From: a virus
Length of the DNA stretch: 64,000 bases
IMG/VR virus record: IMGVR_UViG_3300007072_000007
Span: 10,245-74,244 of that record
Strand: one strand, 5' to 3'
This document shows positions 28,001 to 38,129 of this stretch, piece by piece. The position numbers and the translations under genes are program-made. Below the pieces are notes generated by a model. That model saw only the letters and a list, made by a program, of their open reading frames with translations, ran no database searches and was not told where the DNA came from. Positions within the stretch are counted from its first letter, which is position 1, and each line of letters opens with the position of its first letter.

Positions 28001-29392
28001 GTGGACCACGGTGCGTACCGTGAGCGGTTCAGCGAGTCCTTCCAGCGTCATGCGCTGGCCGTCCTGTCTCGCTCGCCGTCATTGTCGTTGCGATTTCGTT
28101 CCGTTCTGGACCCGCAGTATTTCTCTACCGACGCGATGCGCTGCGTCGCATCGGCCCTGCTGCGCCATGTGGACTCCGAACGCGCCGTTCCCCATCGGGA
28201 AACGCTCGCGCAGACCGCGAGGGAGTTGGCGGGGGAAAAGGGCCGTGAGGGTGTCGATAAACTGGTTTCTGCTCTCTACGCCGATGACGTGGGGGACGAG
28301 GCGGCGGTGGCGGCGAAACTGGTCGCCTTCGGGAAACAGCGCGCGATGGTCAATGCCGTGCTCAAGGCGGCGAGCCGTATCGACGCAGGGGATTCCGATG
28401 CGGTTCTTCCGCTGATTCAGGAGGCGCAGCAGGTCGGTGCGGACGTTCTGGACATCGGTATCTCCTATCACGTTTCCGACGAGCGAAAGACGTGGTACGA
28501 GTCGGACGGCGACGAGGAATACATCCCGACAGGCATCGTCCATCTCGACGAAGCGATGGGAGGCGGTCTTGGGCGCGGGGAGTTGGGGTGCATTTTCTCG
28601 CCTCCGAAGCGCGGGAAAACATCCGCGCTCATCAACTTCGCCTTCGGGGCCATCACGTCGCACATGGGGTACAACGTCGTTTACTACTCGTGCGAGATGG
28701 CGGACAGGAAGATAGCCCGGCGGTTGGACGCGCGACTGTCCGGCCCCTATTTCCAGTATCGGGGGACGGACCCCGAAAAGTACGTCGCGGGTCTGGCGGA
28801 GCGGGCGCGGTCCTTCGTTCGGGGACGCCTGGTGGTCAAGTCCTACCCGACGAGAAAACTCACGCCCACGATGATTCGTTCTCATCTGTCCGTTCTGGAA
28901 GGGCAGGGTTTTCGGCCCGACTTGCTCATTGTCGATTACGCCGACATCATGCGGGCCGAGCGGCGTCTGGGCGAGATGCGGAACGAGCAGGCGGGTATCT
29001 ACGAGGATTTGCGCGAAATCGCGGGCGATTACAACGTCGCCGTATGGACTGGGAGCCAGGCGAAGCGGGATTCGCTGGACAAGGATATTCTGACCATCGC
29101 CGACCTCGCCGAATCATTCGAGAAGGCCGCCATCGTGGACGCGGCGGTGGCGTTCTGCCAGTCCGCTGATGAGGTCGTGGACCGGCGGTGTCGTCTGGTG
29201 CTGGCTGCCATGCGCGAGACGGAAAGCGGTTGCGTGGTCGTGTGCAGCATCGACCGAGCGAGGTGCAAGATTGTCTCTACCGACCTGCTGGACCCGTCGC
29301 AGTTGGAAATCCGGTCGGAGGGGGACGGCGGGGACAGGCGAAGGTTGCAGCGGAAGTTCAACCTGCGAAAGCCCAGGAGGCGGGATGAATGA
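28001..29392 (+). CDS. Replicative DnaB-like helicase
   Basis: IPTGIVHLD..GGGLGRGE, PPKRGKT, YSCEM, IVDYADIM and VWTGSQ; GTG start after GGAGG (ATG 27989 is an alternative). Confidence 0.9.
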   Translation: MDHGAYRERFSESFQRHALAVLSRSPSLSLRFRSVLDPQYFSTDAMRCVASALLRHVDSERAVPHRETLAQTARELAGEKGREGVDKLVSALYADDVGDEAAVAAKLVAFGKQRAMVNAVLKAASRIDAGDSDAVLPLIQEAQQVGADVLDIGISYHVSDERKTWYESDGDEEYIPTGIVHLDEAMGGGLGRGELGCIFSPPKRGKTSALINFAFGAITSHMGYNVVYYSCEMADRKIARRLDARLSGPYFQYRGTDPEKYVAGLAERARSFVRGRLVVKSYPTRKLTPTMIRSHLSVLEGQGFRPDLLIVDYADIMRAERRLGEMRNEQAGIYEDLREIAGDYNVAVWTGSQAKRDSLDKDILTIADLAESFEKAAIVDAAVAFCQSADEVVDRRCRLVLAAMRETESGCVVVCSIDRARCKIVSTDLLDPSQLEIRSEGDGGDRRRLQRKFNLRKPRRRDE

Positions 29393-30386
29393 AGGCCGCC
29401 TGTTAGCCTACCTCGATGATCGGCTCGGCGGGCATACCGGCTCAGGGCCGGAATATCAGTATCATTGTCCGTTCTGTATCGACAGGGTGGGCGACGAGTC
29501 CACCAAGCGGAAACTGTGGGTCAACGTCGCAAAGGGAAAGGCGTTCTGCTACCGATGCGGGTTCTCGGCCGCAACGGTGCGGTATCTCTTGACGGCCGCG
29601 TGCGGCGGCGAGTTGGACGCGGCGGCTCAGGCGGTGCTGGATGAATCCCCGCTGTCGGTGGAAGCCGGGCGGCTGGAGGAAGCGTTGCGGTCGCGGTCCG
29701 TCTCTACGGTCGAAACGCCTCCGAAGCCGGTTCCCCTGCCGCCGGAGTTTCGGCATTTATCGCGCTGTAAATCCGGTCCGTACCGGAGAGGCCCGGACTA
29801 TCTGTTTCGCCAGCGCGGGGTGTCGCCGGAGCGGGCGCGCGATTTCGGGGTCGGGTATTGTGCCTACGGGAAGTACGCCCAGCGCGTCGTCTTTCCGGTC
29901 TGGCAGGGCGGGCGTCAGGTGTATTTCACGACTCGGACGGTTTTGAGTTCTGATCGTGTTCCGAAAACGCTGAACCCGCCAAACGAGGACGGGCACTACC
30001 GCCGGACGGACTGCCTGCTGGGGTTCGACCGATGCGTTGGCGCGCCGCTGGTTGCGGTGGTCGAGGGGCCGCTGGACTGCATGGCGTTCGATTATGCGGT
30101 CGCGTTGATGGGGTCCACGATTGCCCGTCCGCAGGTGGACTTGCTGGTGCGCCTTGCGGAAAGCGGAATGACCGAGTGTGTCGTCGCCCTGGACGCTGAC
30201 GCGGCGGAGAAGGCTGCCGCTATCTACGCGGTGCTGGCCGACGCTCTGCCGTGCCGTGTTTCCGTTCTGTCGCTGGACTGGGGCGACCCCCACGACCGGA
30301 GGAATGAGTTGCCCCGCTTGCTTGCGGCTCGTTCCCAGGGTGTTCCGCTGTTGGCGCGCGTAGCAAGATTGTCGAGCGGTAGATAA
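29385..30386 (+). CDS. DNA primase (zinc finger + TOPRIM)
   Basis: CPFC..CYRC, RVVFPV, VVEGPLD and ALDAD motifs. Confidence 0.9.
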   Translation: MNEGRLLAYLDDRLGGHTGSGPEYQYHCPFCIDRVGDESTKRKLWVNVAKGKAFCYRCGFSAATVRYLLTAACGGELDAAAQAVLDESPLSVEAGRLEEALRSRSVSTVETPPKPVPLPPEFRHLSRCKSGPYRRGPDYLFRQRGVSPERARDFGVGYCAYGKYAQRVVFPVWQGGRQVYFTTRTVLSSDRVPKTLNPPNEDGHYRRTDCLLGFDRCVGAPLVAVVEGPLDCMAFDYAVALMGSTIARPQVDLLVRLAESGMTECVVALDADAAEKAAAIYAVLADALPCRVSVLSLDWGDPHDRRNELPRLLAARSQGVPLLARVARLSSGR

Positions 30387-30393
30387 ATGACGC

Positions 30394-30422
30394 TTGACAT
30401 GCGTTGGAGTGTTCGGTAATAT
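30394..30422 (+). promoter_or_regulatory. Sigma70-type promoter
   Basis: TTGACA-17-TAATAT. Confidence 0.75.
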
Positions 30423-30513
30423 CTTCTCGGCGTCGATGGTTCATCGGGGCGGCCCGGTGGGTCGATGGTCAACCTGCGAATCGTCCGGGGTGCGTGCCCG
30501 GAAAGGAGTAGTT

Positions 30514-31584
30514 ATGTCGTTCGCGTCGAAAGTCAAGGTAGGGGCGGTTCAAGCCGATCCCGTCTCGCCGGGGTTTGTCCTGCCAGCCCCCGATGTGGTC
30601 CACTATCCTGCCAACGCCGTCGATGAGTTTCGGCGCGCCCTGACCGAGCAGGAGGCCGCCGTCGAGTATGTGGACGGTTCCGCTCTCGGTGAGTTCGACT
30701 TGACGGGTCAGACCGAAAACGGTCTGGTCGTGTCGCAAGCGGCTTTCAGCGACCTCTGTCACGTCTGCAACGTCCCCTCCTCCTTCGTTCGCCGTGTCGC
30801 TCAGTTCGACGAGGACGTGGCGAGGACTCTGGTTGGTAGCGTCATCCGCAACGTCTGGCAGGCGGAGTTCGCCTCGTCCCGCCGTCTGGTGGTGGACCGC
30901 CGCAACAACCGTATCGAGGGCATCGTCGGTGTGGACTCGTATTCTCCCTTGTCGAACGCCCGCGCGGTGAACTACATCATGTCGTCGATGCCGGGTCTGG
31001 AGATTTCCGGCGGGTGGATTGTCGGACCGTCCATCCGTGTCACCGCCCTGACGCCAAGGCGGGTCGAGGTCCGCAAAGGCGACATCGTGCGCATCGGGAC
31101 CGACGCGCAGAACTCCATCGCGGGGGACCGTTCGTTCCTGTCGTCGCTCTACATGGAGCGGCTGGTTTGCATCAACGGGTTGACCAGCCGTTCCGATGAG
31201 TCCGTCGTCCGCGTGGTGCATCGCGGGGACGTGCATGATGCGGTGCAGGGGTCGTTGGTTCGTTCGGTTCACCGCGCTGAACGCCTCATCGAGTGGTCGT
31301 CGGTAGCGGCCAATCAGTTCGTCAGTCCCGATGAAATCGTCAGCATCCGCAGGTTCATCGCGGAGTCGTCCAACGGCGGGGGGGCCAAGGTGGACCTGGC
31401 CGTGACACGACTGGCCCAGGACGAGGCGATGAGCGAGGGGCGCGCGCCGGAGGAGTTGACCCTGTGGAACTGGGTCAACGGACTGACTGCGCATGCTCGG
31501 TCGATTTCGGCTCCGAATCGTCGCGTGGTGGTGGAGGACTTGGCCTACCGGACTCTGGCGCGGTTCGTGGCGGAACTGAACTGA
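30514..31584 (+). CDS. DUF932-like phage protein
   Basis: NS..G..S, ERLVCINGL and TLWNWVNGLT; SD AAGGAG. Confidence 0.75.
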   Translation: MSFASKVKVGAVQADPVSPGFVLPAPDVVHYPANAVDEFRRALTEQEAAVEYVDGSALGEFDLTGQTENGLVVSQAAFSDLCHVCNVPSSFVRRVAQFDEDVARTLVGSVIRNVWQAEFASSRRLVVDRRNNRIEGIVGVDSYSPLSNARAVNYIMSSMPGLEISGGWIVGPSIRVTALTPRRVEVRKGDIVRIGTDAQNSIAGDRSFLSSLYMERLVCINGLTSRSDESVVRVVHRGDVHDAVQGSLVRSVHRAERLIEWSSVAANQFVSPDEIVSIRRFIAESSNGGGAKVDLAVTRLAQDEAMSEGRAPEELTLWNWVNGLTAHARSISAPNRRVVVEDLAYRTLARFVAELN

Positions 31585-31593
31585 AGCGTCTCG

Positions 31594-31630
31594 CGGGGGC
31601 GGTGCGGAAACGTGCCGTCCCCGTTTTTTT
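31594..31630 (+). terminator. Intrinsic terminator
   Basis: CGGGGGCGGTGCG-GAAA-CGTGCCGTCCCCG then T7. Confidence 0.8.
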
Positions 31631-31637
31631 CTCAAGT

Positions 31638-31841
31638 ATGACCTTCCGATTGCCGACGTGTTACGGGGAGCCTGCGGTGTGCCGTGCCTGCGAGGAGTGC
31701 GGTGTGCGGGCCGAGTGTCTCGCCGAGCATCGGCGGGGCCGAAGCGTGTTTCTACTGCCGAGGAGTTATGAGCGTACCCGAACGAAACGAGAGGTTGCGG
31801 TGGCTGCTGCACGTTCTGCTGACTCCGAACGGGATGAGTGA
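31638..31841 (+). CDS. Small Cys-rich hypothetical protein
   Basis: PTCYG..CRACEECGVRAEC, similar in pattern to the N-terminus of the 26838 ORF. Confidence 0.4.
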   Translation: MTFRLPTCYGEPAVCRACEECGVRAECLAEHRRGRSVFLLPRSYERTRTKREVAVAAARSADSERDE

Positions 31842-31980
31842 GGTAACGCCGTGGGTGCTGGCGGACGAGAACGGAACGCGATACGGCATGATGACGGCGG
31901 AGCAGGCGTTGGCCGAAAACCAGCGGCTCGCAGACCAGAATGCGCCGGGCGGGCGGTGGGAGCCGCGCATCGACTCGTAG
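31768..31980 (+). CDS. Hypothetical protein
   Basis: GAGGAG shortly before ATG; abuts the polymerase gene. Confidence 0.5.
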   Translation: MSVPERNERLRWLLHVLLTPNGMSEVTPWVLADENGTRYGMMTAEQALAENQRLADQNAPGGRWEPRIDS

Positions 31981-34838
31981 CCCCGTCGTCGGAGAATCCG
32001 CGCACGGGGTGCAACTACTGCCCGTTGTCGCCCCTGTGCGCGGATTTCAGGTTGCCCTTGCCGGACGGTTCTGTTCCGCAGGCGACGTTCGCGCGCGACG
32101 CCGCCAAGATTGTCGCGCGGTTGCACGACCCGCACACCATACGGACCCGCAACGTATCGCAGGACTGGACGCCGGTGGACATCCTGTTTGTCGGGGAGGC
32201 TCCTGGGGCTGACGAGGACAAGCGGGGCGAGCCGTTCGTCGGCAGGTCTGGAAAACTGCTGCGCGACGTGGTGGCCGACGTGGTGCTGAAGCATCATCCA
32301 GACGTTCGGGTCGGCTACTCCAATCTGGTTCGATGCCGGCCGCCCCGCAACCGAGAGCCGAGCCGGACCGAAATCGCGTCCTGCGCCCCCGAACTGCTGC
32401 GGGAGATAGCCGCGCGGAAGCCGAAAGTCCTGGTTCCTCTTGGCAACGCCAGTCTCGGCTACCTGACCGGCATGACGGGCATCACGACCGTCTGTGGTTG
32501 CGTGGTTCCGTGTACGGTGCGGGGTCTGGAGGACATGCGGGTCGTTCCTTGCGTTCACCCGGCCTACGTTCTGCGGGCCGACCACGAGATAGACCGATTC
32601 GCCGACGCCATCGGAAAGGCGGGGGAGGTGGCGTGCGGGGGGTATCGGCCTCGGAAAGGAGCCGGGCGGTACGTTACGCTCACGTCAGCCGATGATGTGG
32701 AGGCGTTGGTGGACGCGCTGCTGGAGGACGGGCGGAGGGGCGTAGTTACGGCCTTCGATACCGAGACAGGCTCCCTGACGCCGTTTCAGGACCGATTCCC
32801 GCGACTTCTGTGCTTCTCATTCTCAAACGAAGAAGGGACCGGGTATGTCGTTCCGTTCGACCATCCCGAAAGCCCCTATTTACGCGACGTAAATGCCAGG
32901 GAGCGCGTCAAGGCCGCGCTGGTGCGGTTCTTTTCGGCGGACGTTCCTCGTGTAGGGCAGAACGAGAAGTTCGACAGGCAGCACATCCAGCACGCGCTGG
33001 GGGTGGAAATCGCTGGGCTGGTCTATGACACGATGACGATGCACATGCTGATTGACGAGCGGCGGGGGACGCATGGCCTAGACCGCTTGGCGGTCCACTA
33101 TACGGGCATGGGAGGCTACCACAAGCCGCTCGACGATTACGTTCGATCCCACAAGGACGCCGACCCTTCGAGGGGCGGGAGTTACGCCCACATCCCGGCC
33201 GACCTGCTGTTCGCCTATGCCGCCGCCGATGCTGACGTAACGCTTCGGGTGTTCCACCGCTTGAGGTCGTTGCCGGAATACAAGGAGAACGAGCGTTTTC
33301 AGGTTATCGCCGAGAAGTATCTACCTCGGTTGAGCCGGACGTTGGCGCGCATGGAGTATGCGGGGGCGCGTCGTGATGAGAAGGTGGTCCTGCGGTTGCG
33401 GGACGAGTGGGAGTCGAAACGCGCTGGAGCGGAATCCGCAATACGGGCGGATGCGCAGGTCCAGCGGTACGAGGCCGACCGAAAAGCCGAGAATCCGAAG
33501 TTCGTGTTCAACCCAGGCTCGGATGCACAGGTCGGGAAGGTGCTGTGGGACTACTACCGACTTTTGCCGGGAGAGTTCACGGATACCGGATTCGATGTCG
33601 CCGCCGCTCGCCTGACTCGCGCTGTCAAGCACAATCCTTCCGCGACTCTTTCCGACATCGCGGCGGAGATGGTGCGCCGCAAGGAGTGGTCCATGTTCAG
33701 CACGAAGAGCGATGTGCTGAACGGCTACGCGAGGGAGGGGAACGTGCTCGCTCCCCTGATTCTCGCCTACCGTGAGGCCAGCAAACTGCTTGGGACTTAC
33801 ATCGAACCGATGCTGCACCAGGCTGTGGACGGGATGATTCACGGCTCGTTTCACATGGGCGGGGCGGCGACGGGTCGGCTGTCGTCGTCCGACCCGAACC
33901 TTCAGAACATCCCCCTGTCGATGCGGAAGGCGTATTGCTCAAGATTCGACGACGGGTACATCCTGTCGGCGGACTACTCGCAGATCGAACTGCGGGTCGC
34001 GGCGTCCCTCTTCCGCGACCGCCCGATGATTCAGACGTATCGCAAGGGAGACGACCTGCATCTGCGGACGTGTCTCGAAGTGTTCGGCATGACCGAGCAG
34101 GAGTACCGCGCGTTGCCGAAGGAAGTTCAGAAGGAGCGGCGGACCTGCGCCAAGGCCGTCAACTTCGGGATCATTTACAGCATCGGTCCTGAAGGACTCC
34201 AGACCGCTCTACGGCGGAACGGGGTGTTCGTGTCCGTTTCGCGGTGCGAACGCATGATTCGGGCGTTCGAGAACGCCCACCAGGACTTGGTGGGCAACAT
34301 GGAGAGGTTATGGAGGCAGGTGCGGAGGACCGGACAGGTTGTGTCCTACACCGGACGGGTTCGGCGTCTGCCGGAGGTGTTTTCGTCGTTGCCTGAGTTG
34401 GTGGGTCGGGCGAGGCGGCAGGCGATCAACTTCCCCGTGCAGTACGGCGCGGCGGAGATGACTCTGATGGCGCTGGTGCTCATCGACGAGGAAATCCGGC
34501 GGCGGGGGTGGCGGTCGGTTCCCATCGTTACGGTACACGATTCCATCGTGGTCGATTGTCCCGCGAAGGAGGTCGTTCCGGTGGCGAAGATGATGAAGCG
34601 CATCATGGAGCATCTGCCGGACTACGCCGACGCTGTGCTGCCCGGCATCGACTGGTCTTGGCTGCGGGTTCCGATTGTCGCCGAGTTCGATGTCGGGAAG
34701 TCGTGGGGCGGCGTCGAGTTCGACCCGGACGCCATCACGTCGCGTCGGCCGGACTCCCCGTTGTACGGCCAGGACGGAAAACTGGCCCGTCGCCCCGCGA
34801 CTGAGCGGGAGTTGTTTGAGTGTGCGGTGGCAGCGTAA
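31956..34838 (+). CDS. Family A DNA polymerase with N-terminal uracil-DNA-glycosylase (family 4-like) domain and 3'-5' exonuclease; start uncertain
   Basis: UDG: FVGEAPGADED..GEPFVGRSG and HPAYVLR; exo: FDTET and YAAADAD; pol: TGRLSSSDPNLQNIP, ADYSQIELR, AKAVNFGIIY and VHDSIV. Confidence 0.93.
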   Translation: MGAAHRLVAPSSENPRTGCNYCPLSPLCADFRLPLPDGSVPQATFARDAAKIVARLHDPHTIRTRNVSQDWTPVDILFVGEAPGADEDKRGEPFVGRSGKLLRDVVADVVLKHHPDVRVGYSNLVRCRPPRNREPSRTEIASCAPELLREIAARKPKVLVPLGNASLGYLTGMTGITTVCGCVVPCTVRGLEDMRVVPCVHPAYVLRADHEIDRFADAIGKAGEVACGGYRPRKGAGRYVTLTSADDVEALVDALLEDGRRGVVTAFDTETGSLTPFQDRFPRLLCFSFSNEEGTGYVVPFDHPESPYLRDVNARERVKAALVRFFSADVPRVGQNEKFDRQHIQHALGVEIAGLVYDTMTMHMLIDERRGTHGLDRLAVHYTGMGGYHKPLDDYVRSHKDADPSRGGSYAHIPADLLFAYAAADADVTLRVFHRLRSLPEYKENERFQVIAEKYLPRLSRTLARMEYAGARRDEKVVLRLRDEWESKRAGAESAIRADAQVQRYEADRKAENPKFVFNPGSDAQVGKVLWDYYRLLPGEFTDTGFDVAAARLTRAVKHNPSATLSDIAAEMVRRKEWSMFSTKSDVLNGYAREGNVLAPLILAYREASKLLGTYIEPMLHQAVDGMIHGSFHMGGAATGRLSSSDPNLQNIPLSMRKAYCSRFDDGYILSADYSQIELRVAASLFRDRPMIQTYRKGDDLHLRTCLEVFGMTEQEYRALPKEVQKERRTCAKAVNFGIIYSIGPEGLQTALRRNGVFVSVSRCERMIRAFENAHQDLVGNMERLWRQVRRTGQVVSYTGRVRRLPEVFSSLPELVGRARRQAINFPVQYGAAEMTLMALVLIDEEIRRRGWRSVPIVTVHDSIVVDCPAKEVVPVAKMMKRIMEHLPDYADAVLPGIDWSWLRVPIVAEFDVGKSWGGVEFDPDAITSRRPDSPLYGQDGKLARRPATERELFECAVAA

Positions 34839-34855
34839 ATATGCCTACTAATCGC

Positions 34856-34884
34856 TTGACACAGCCGAAGGGTCGTGGTAGTAT
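34856..34884 (+). promoter_or_regulatory. Sigma70-type promoter
   Basis: TTGACA-17-TAGTAT just downstream of a half-site of the palindrome (34830-34840). Confidence 0.7.
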
Positions 34885-34927
34885 TCGTCGTCGTGGAGCA
34901 TTTCACGGCGAAAGTTGTCTTGCGGGC

Positions 34928-35362
34928 GTGGTGTTGACGCTGATTCTGGAAAACGGCGAGAAGGCGGAGTTTTCCGTGGCTGACGAAGTTGCGATTGATG
35001 CGGCGAGGGCGGTTGAGCAGGCGTCGGAAGCGCCGGCGCGCCTCGCGTTCTGGAACTGGCAGGCCGCGCGTGCTGCGGCTGCTGTTCGTCGCCAGCAGGA
35101 CCGGCTGACGCGGCTGGTCGCCATGTCGCGCCGCGTCTATCGGAAATGGATTGACGAGGAGACGGATCGTAGCAGTTCCGAGTTCGGTTTGGTCGGGGAG
35201 TACGTCGATACCGACCGGGACGTGGTGGCCGCGCGGAAGCGGCTGTCCGAGTTGCAGGAACAGGACGAGTTGGTTCAATCGGTGCGCGATGCGGTGGAGC
35301 ATCGCGCTTTTGTTCTACGCCGCCTGATGGCGAACGAGTCCAATCAGGTCGATGACCGCTAA
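34928..35362 (+). CDS. Putative recombination mediator (UvsY-like); start uncertain
   Basis: Helical protein with YRKW..YVDTDRDV pattern, upstream of SSB and RecA. Confidence 0.5.
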   Translation: MVLTLILENGEKAEFSVADEVAIDAARAVEQASEAPARLAFWNWQAARAAAAVRRQQDRLTRLVAMSRRVYRKWIDEETDRSSSEFGLVGEYVDTDRDVVAARKRLSELQEQDELVQSVRDAVEHRAFVLRRLMANESNQVDDR

Positions 35363-35407
35363 TGACTCTATGCCCTGTGCGGCTGGTTTCTTTCAGGAGA
35401 GGGTGTC

Positions 35408-36652
35408 ATGCCCAAACTTTCCCCGGAAGTTCGCGCGAGGCTGATGGCGGATTCCGCCTCGATGCGAAGGTCGGTGCTCATCCGCTGCAACGCTTCCTTC
35501 ACGAAGGGCCGCTACCGAATCCTTCCCCGCAAGGAGGGCGACCCGACGACCGCCGTTCGGGTCGTTACGCTGTGGAGCGACGCTTGCAAGGCGCACACGG
35601 TGTCGGTCGAGACGTTCGGGTTTCGTTGCCCCGTGATGGATTACCTGGCGAAGGCCAACAAGAAGGCCCGTCAGAAGGCTCGGAGCGTCGTCAACCCCAG
35701 CACCGAGTTCTACGCGGCTGTGCATGACCGTCTGGACCCTGGAAGCCCCGACGCCCCCAACATTCGGGTTCTGCCGCTCAAGCCCATCGCGTTCACGCAG
35801 ATCAGCGACTACATGCGCGAGAGCGAGGACGACACGAGTGAGGGCGGGGACGACATCCTCGATCCCAACGGCGGGCGGGACATCATCCTGCGGCGCAAGT
35901 CGCAGGGCGACCGGGTTACATGGACGGTCAAGTTCTGCGACCCGTCTCCGCTCGGCGCGCTTCGGCCGGGCGACGAGAAAGACCCCGCGTGGCATAAGGG
36001 GTTGCTCAAGGCCGCCGCCGACTTCAACGTGCGCGACCACATCTACCTCACGGATTGGTCGGTCGTTGAGTCGATTTACGAGGCGTTGACCGGCGAGCCG
36101 GTTCCTTCGAGTTATCGGAAGCAGGACGGTCTGGACGACGTTCTCTACGTCGATGATGACGCCGGCGATGATGACGATGAGGACGACAGCGACGAGGACG
36201 CGCCCCCCCGCCGCGCGCCGAAGGCGAAGTCCGTCGATGACGACGAGGACACTGACGATGATGATGACGCCAGCGACGACGAGGACGCCAGCGACGACGA
36301 GGATGCGCCCCCACGGCGTGCGCCGAAGGCGCAGGATGCCGACGGACCGGCGGCTAAGTACAAGCCGGACGACCGTGTTCGCTACCGGACTGAGGATGAC
36401 GGTCCCGTACTGTTGTCCGGCAAGGTGCTCGACGTGAACCGTTCTGGAGGAGAGTACGTTTACGGCGTGGAGTCCGATGCGGACGGTGCGGTGTACGACG
36501 TGCCGGAGAACTACATCGTGGGCTTCGCCGACAGTCCGAAGTCGGGCAGGAAGGTCAAGGGCGACTCAGGAGAAGCCCCCCCGTCGGTCGAGAGCGTTTC
36601 TCCCAACAAGCCGCTTGCGTCGGCGGCGATGAAGCGGCGGTTCAGCAAGTAG
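35408..36652 (+). CDS. Single-stranded DNA-binding protein (gp32-like) with long acidic region
   Basis: YRILP, FRCPVMD and DILDPNGGRDIIL; Asp-rich repeats; position before RecA. Confidence 0.75.
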   Translation: MPKLSPEVRARLMADSASMRRSVLIRCNASFTKGRYRILPRKEGDPTTAVRVVTLWSDACKAHTVSVETFGFRCPVMDYLAKANKKARQKARSVVNPSTEFYAAVHDRLDPGSPDAPNIRVLPLKPIAFTQISDYMRESEDDTSEGGDDILDPNGGRDIILRRKSQGDRVTWTVKFCDPSPLGALRPGDEKDPAWHKGLLKAAADFNVRDHIYLTDWSVVESIYEALTGEPVPSSYRKQDGLDDVLYVDDDAGDDDDEDDSDEDAPPRRAPKAKSVDDDEDTDDDDDASDDEDASDDEDAPPRRAPKAQDADGPAAKYKPDDRVRYRTEDDGPVLLSGKVLDVNRSGGEYVYGVESDADGAVYDVPENYIVGFADSPKSGRKVKGDSGEAPPSVESVSPNKPLASAAMKRRFSK

Positions 36653-36698
36653 ATTTACGCAGCGTAAATCGGTCCGGCATCGTGCCGGACCGATTTAC
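36653..36698. repeat. 17-bp palindrome (36653-36669) merged with a longer hairpin
   Basis: Starts immediately after the TAG; GTAAATCGGTCCGGCA-TCG-TGCCGGACCGATTTAC is an overlapping alternative stem. Confidence 0.93.
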
Positions 36699-36715
36699 TG
36701 CTATCCGGGGGCATC

Positions 36716-37060
36716 ATGTTCAAGGCTGGAGATTCCGTTACGATTTCGGCGTCAACGCCCATTTCCATCAGTAGGTTCGTGAACCTGAAGCCGCTGGTGT
36801 CGCTCACCAGAGTTGTCGGCGATGACGCCGAAGTGGACGCGATGCGGCGCGAGGTGGACGCTTTGTACGCGCAAGCCGTTCTGGACGAGTTGGACCGCTA
36901 CGTGGCGTTCGCGTCGTGCGAGTCCACTGAGGACATAGCGAGAATCTGTCAGGAGAGAATCCGTGTTTTCCAAACGAGTGTCAGCCGCGTTGCGCCCGCC
37001 CGCCCCTCCGCTCGAAAAGGTCCGCATGGAGCGGGCGAAAGCCCATCGCAGGCCCGCTAA
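36716..37060 (+). CDS. Hypothetical protein
   Basis: ORF between SSB and RecA. Confidence 0.65.
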   Translation: MFKAGDSVTISASTPISISRFVNLKPLVSLTRVVGDDAEVDAMRREVDALYAQAVLDELDRYVAFASCESTEDIARICQERIRVFQTSVSRVAPARPSARKGPHGAGESPSQAR

Positions 37061-38099
37061 CCGGGCCGCAGCCAAAGACGATATCGACGGCGTGGTGCGC
37101 GGTGTCGTGGCCGGTTTGAGGGCGACGAAAATCGGCAAGGAGTCGAGCGTCCAGTTGTTCGGGGAGGACACCGAAGCCGACGTGCGCGAGTGGATTTCTA
37201 CGGGGTTTCCGAACATCGACGCGATATTCGGCGGGGGCTGGCCCGTAGGGCGCATCTCCGAACTGAGCGGTGCGGAAGCCAGCGGTAAGTCCGCGCTGGC
37301 CGATTTCAGCATCGTGCAGGTGCAGAAGATGGGCGGCTACGCCGTGGTTCTAGATTTCGAGAACACGAGGACGAAGGATCGCCTTGTTCAATGTGGGGCC
37401 GACCTGAATCGAATCGTGTTCCCCCGTCCGCAGACCGCCGAGCAGGGCTGGGAAATCGTCTGGCGTCTGATGGATGAGATTGTTGGTCAGAAGAACAAAC
37501 CGCCGGTCCTGTTCGTGTGGGACTCCCTGGGCGGTACGGATATCGAGGATGCCGACCAGCCCGGCGGGCTGGCCCGCGTCATGTCGAAGCACCTGCGCCG
37601 TCTTTATCATCGCGCCCCTTCCGTTCGGGCGCATTTTCTGTTCGTGAATCAGGAGCGGGACAAGTTCGGCGGTAGGTCGTTCATCAGGGAGACGGATACG
37701 CCTGGCGGTCGTGCTCTCAAGTTCGCCTGCACGATACGCGCCCAGTGCCGAGCGTGGTATCTACCTCGCAAGGGCGTTCCCAAGACGGGTTTGTGTTGCT
37801 CGGTCAGGACCATCAAGAACAAGGTGGTCGCACCGAACCAATCGACTCAATGGGTGCTGGACTTCGCGCACGGTCCGTCTCCTGAGTTGACGGCGTTGCA
37901 TCACGGTCTCGAAACACGGTGGGTCAAGACCGTTTCCGGCCTCTACACCTGCCCGCTTCTGGGCAGGGTGAGTCGCGCAGAGTGGGTCGCCCGCCTGCGG
38001 GGGGATTCCGACCTTGCGAGGCAGGTTTGGGATGAGTTGCGCCGGCGTTCGGCTGGTCCCGCAGGCGATGATGACGACGATGACGATGACGAATGTTAG
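37026..38099 (+). CDS. recA: RecA / UvsX-like recombinase
   Basis: ISTG..ID..GGGWPVGRISELSGAEASGKS, VWDSL, NQ.R, TPGGRALKF and KNKVVAP. Confidence 0.92.
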   Translation: MERAKAHRRPANRAAAKDDIDGVVRGVVAGLRATKIGKESSVQLFGEDTEADVREWISTGFPNIDAIFGGGWPVGRISELSGAEASGKSALADFSIVQVQKMGGYAVVLDFENTRTKDRLVQCGADLNRIVFPRPQTAEQGWEIVWRLMDEIVGQKNKPPVLFVWDSLGGTDIEDADQPGGLARVMSKHLRRLYHRAPSVRAHFLFVNQERDKFGGRSFIRETDTPGGRALKFACTIRAQCRAWYLPRKGVPKTGLCCSVRTIKNKVVAPNQSTQWVLDFAHGPSPELTALHHGLETRWVKTVSGLYTCPLLGRVSRAEWVARLRGDSDLARQVWDELRRRSAGPAGDDDDDDDDEC

Positions 38100-38129
38100 C
38101 GGCATTTACGGACTGCTCGTACTTTTCGC

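Noticed and set aside
25877-29772. Looser look-alikes ATTTACAGCGCGAGAAAT (25877) and ATTTATCGCGCTGTAAAT (29755)
   Set aside because: 18-bp spacing and several mismatches; possibly weak sites but not counted without a position weight matrix.
36150-36335. Asp-rich tandem repeats and duplicated APPRRAPKA in the SSB gene
   Set aside because: Ordinary low-complexity expansion in an acidic SSB region.
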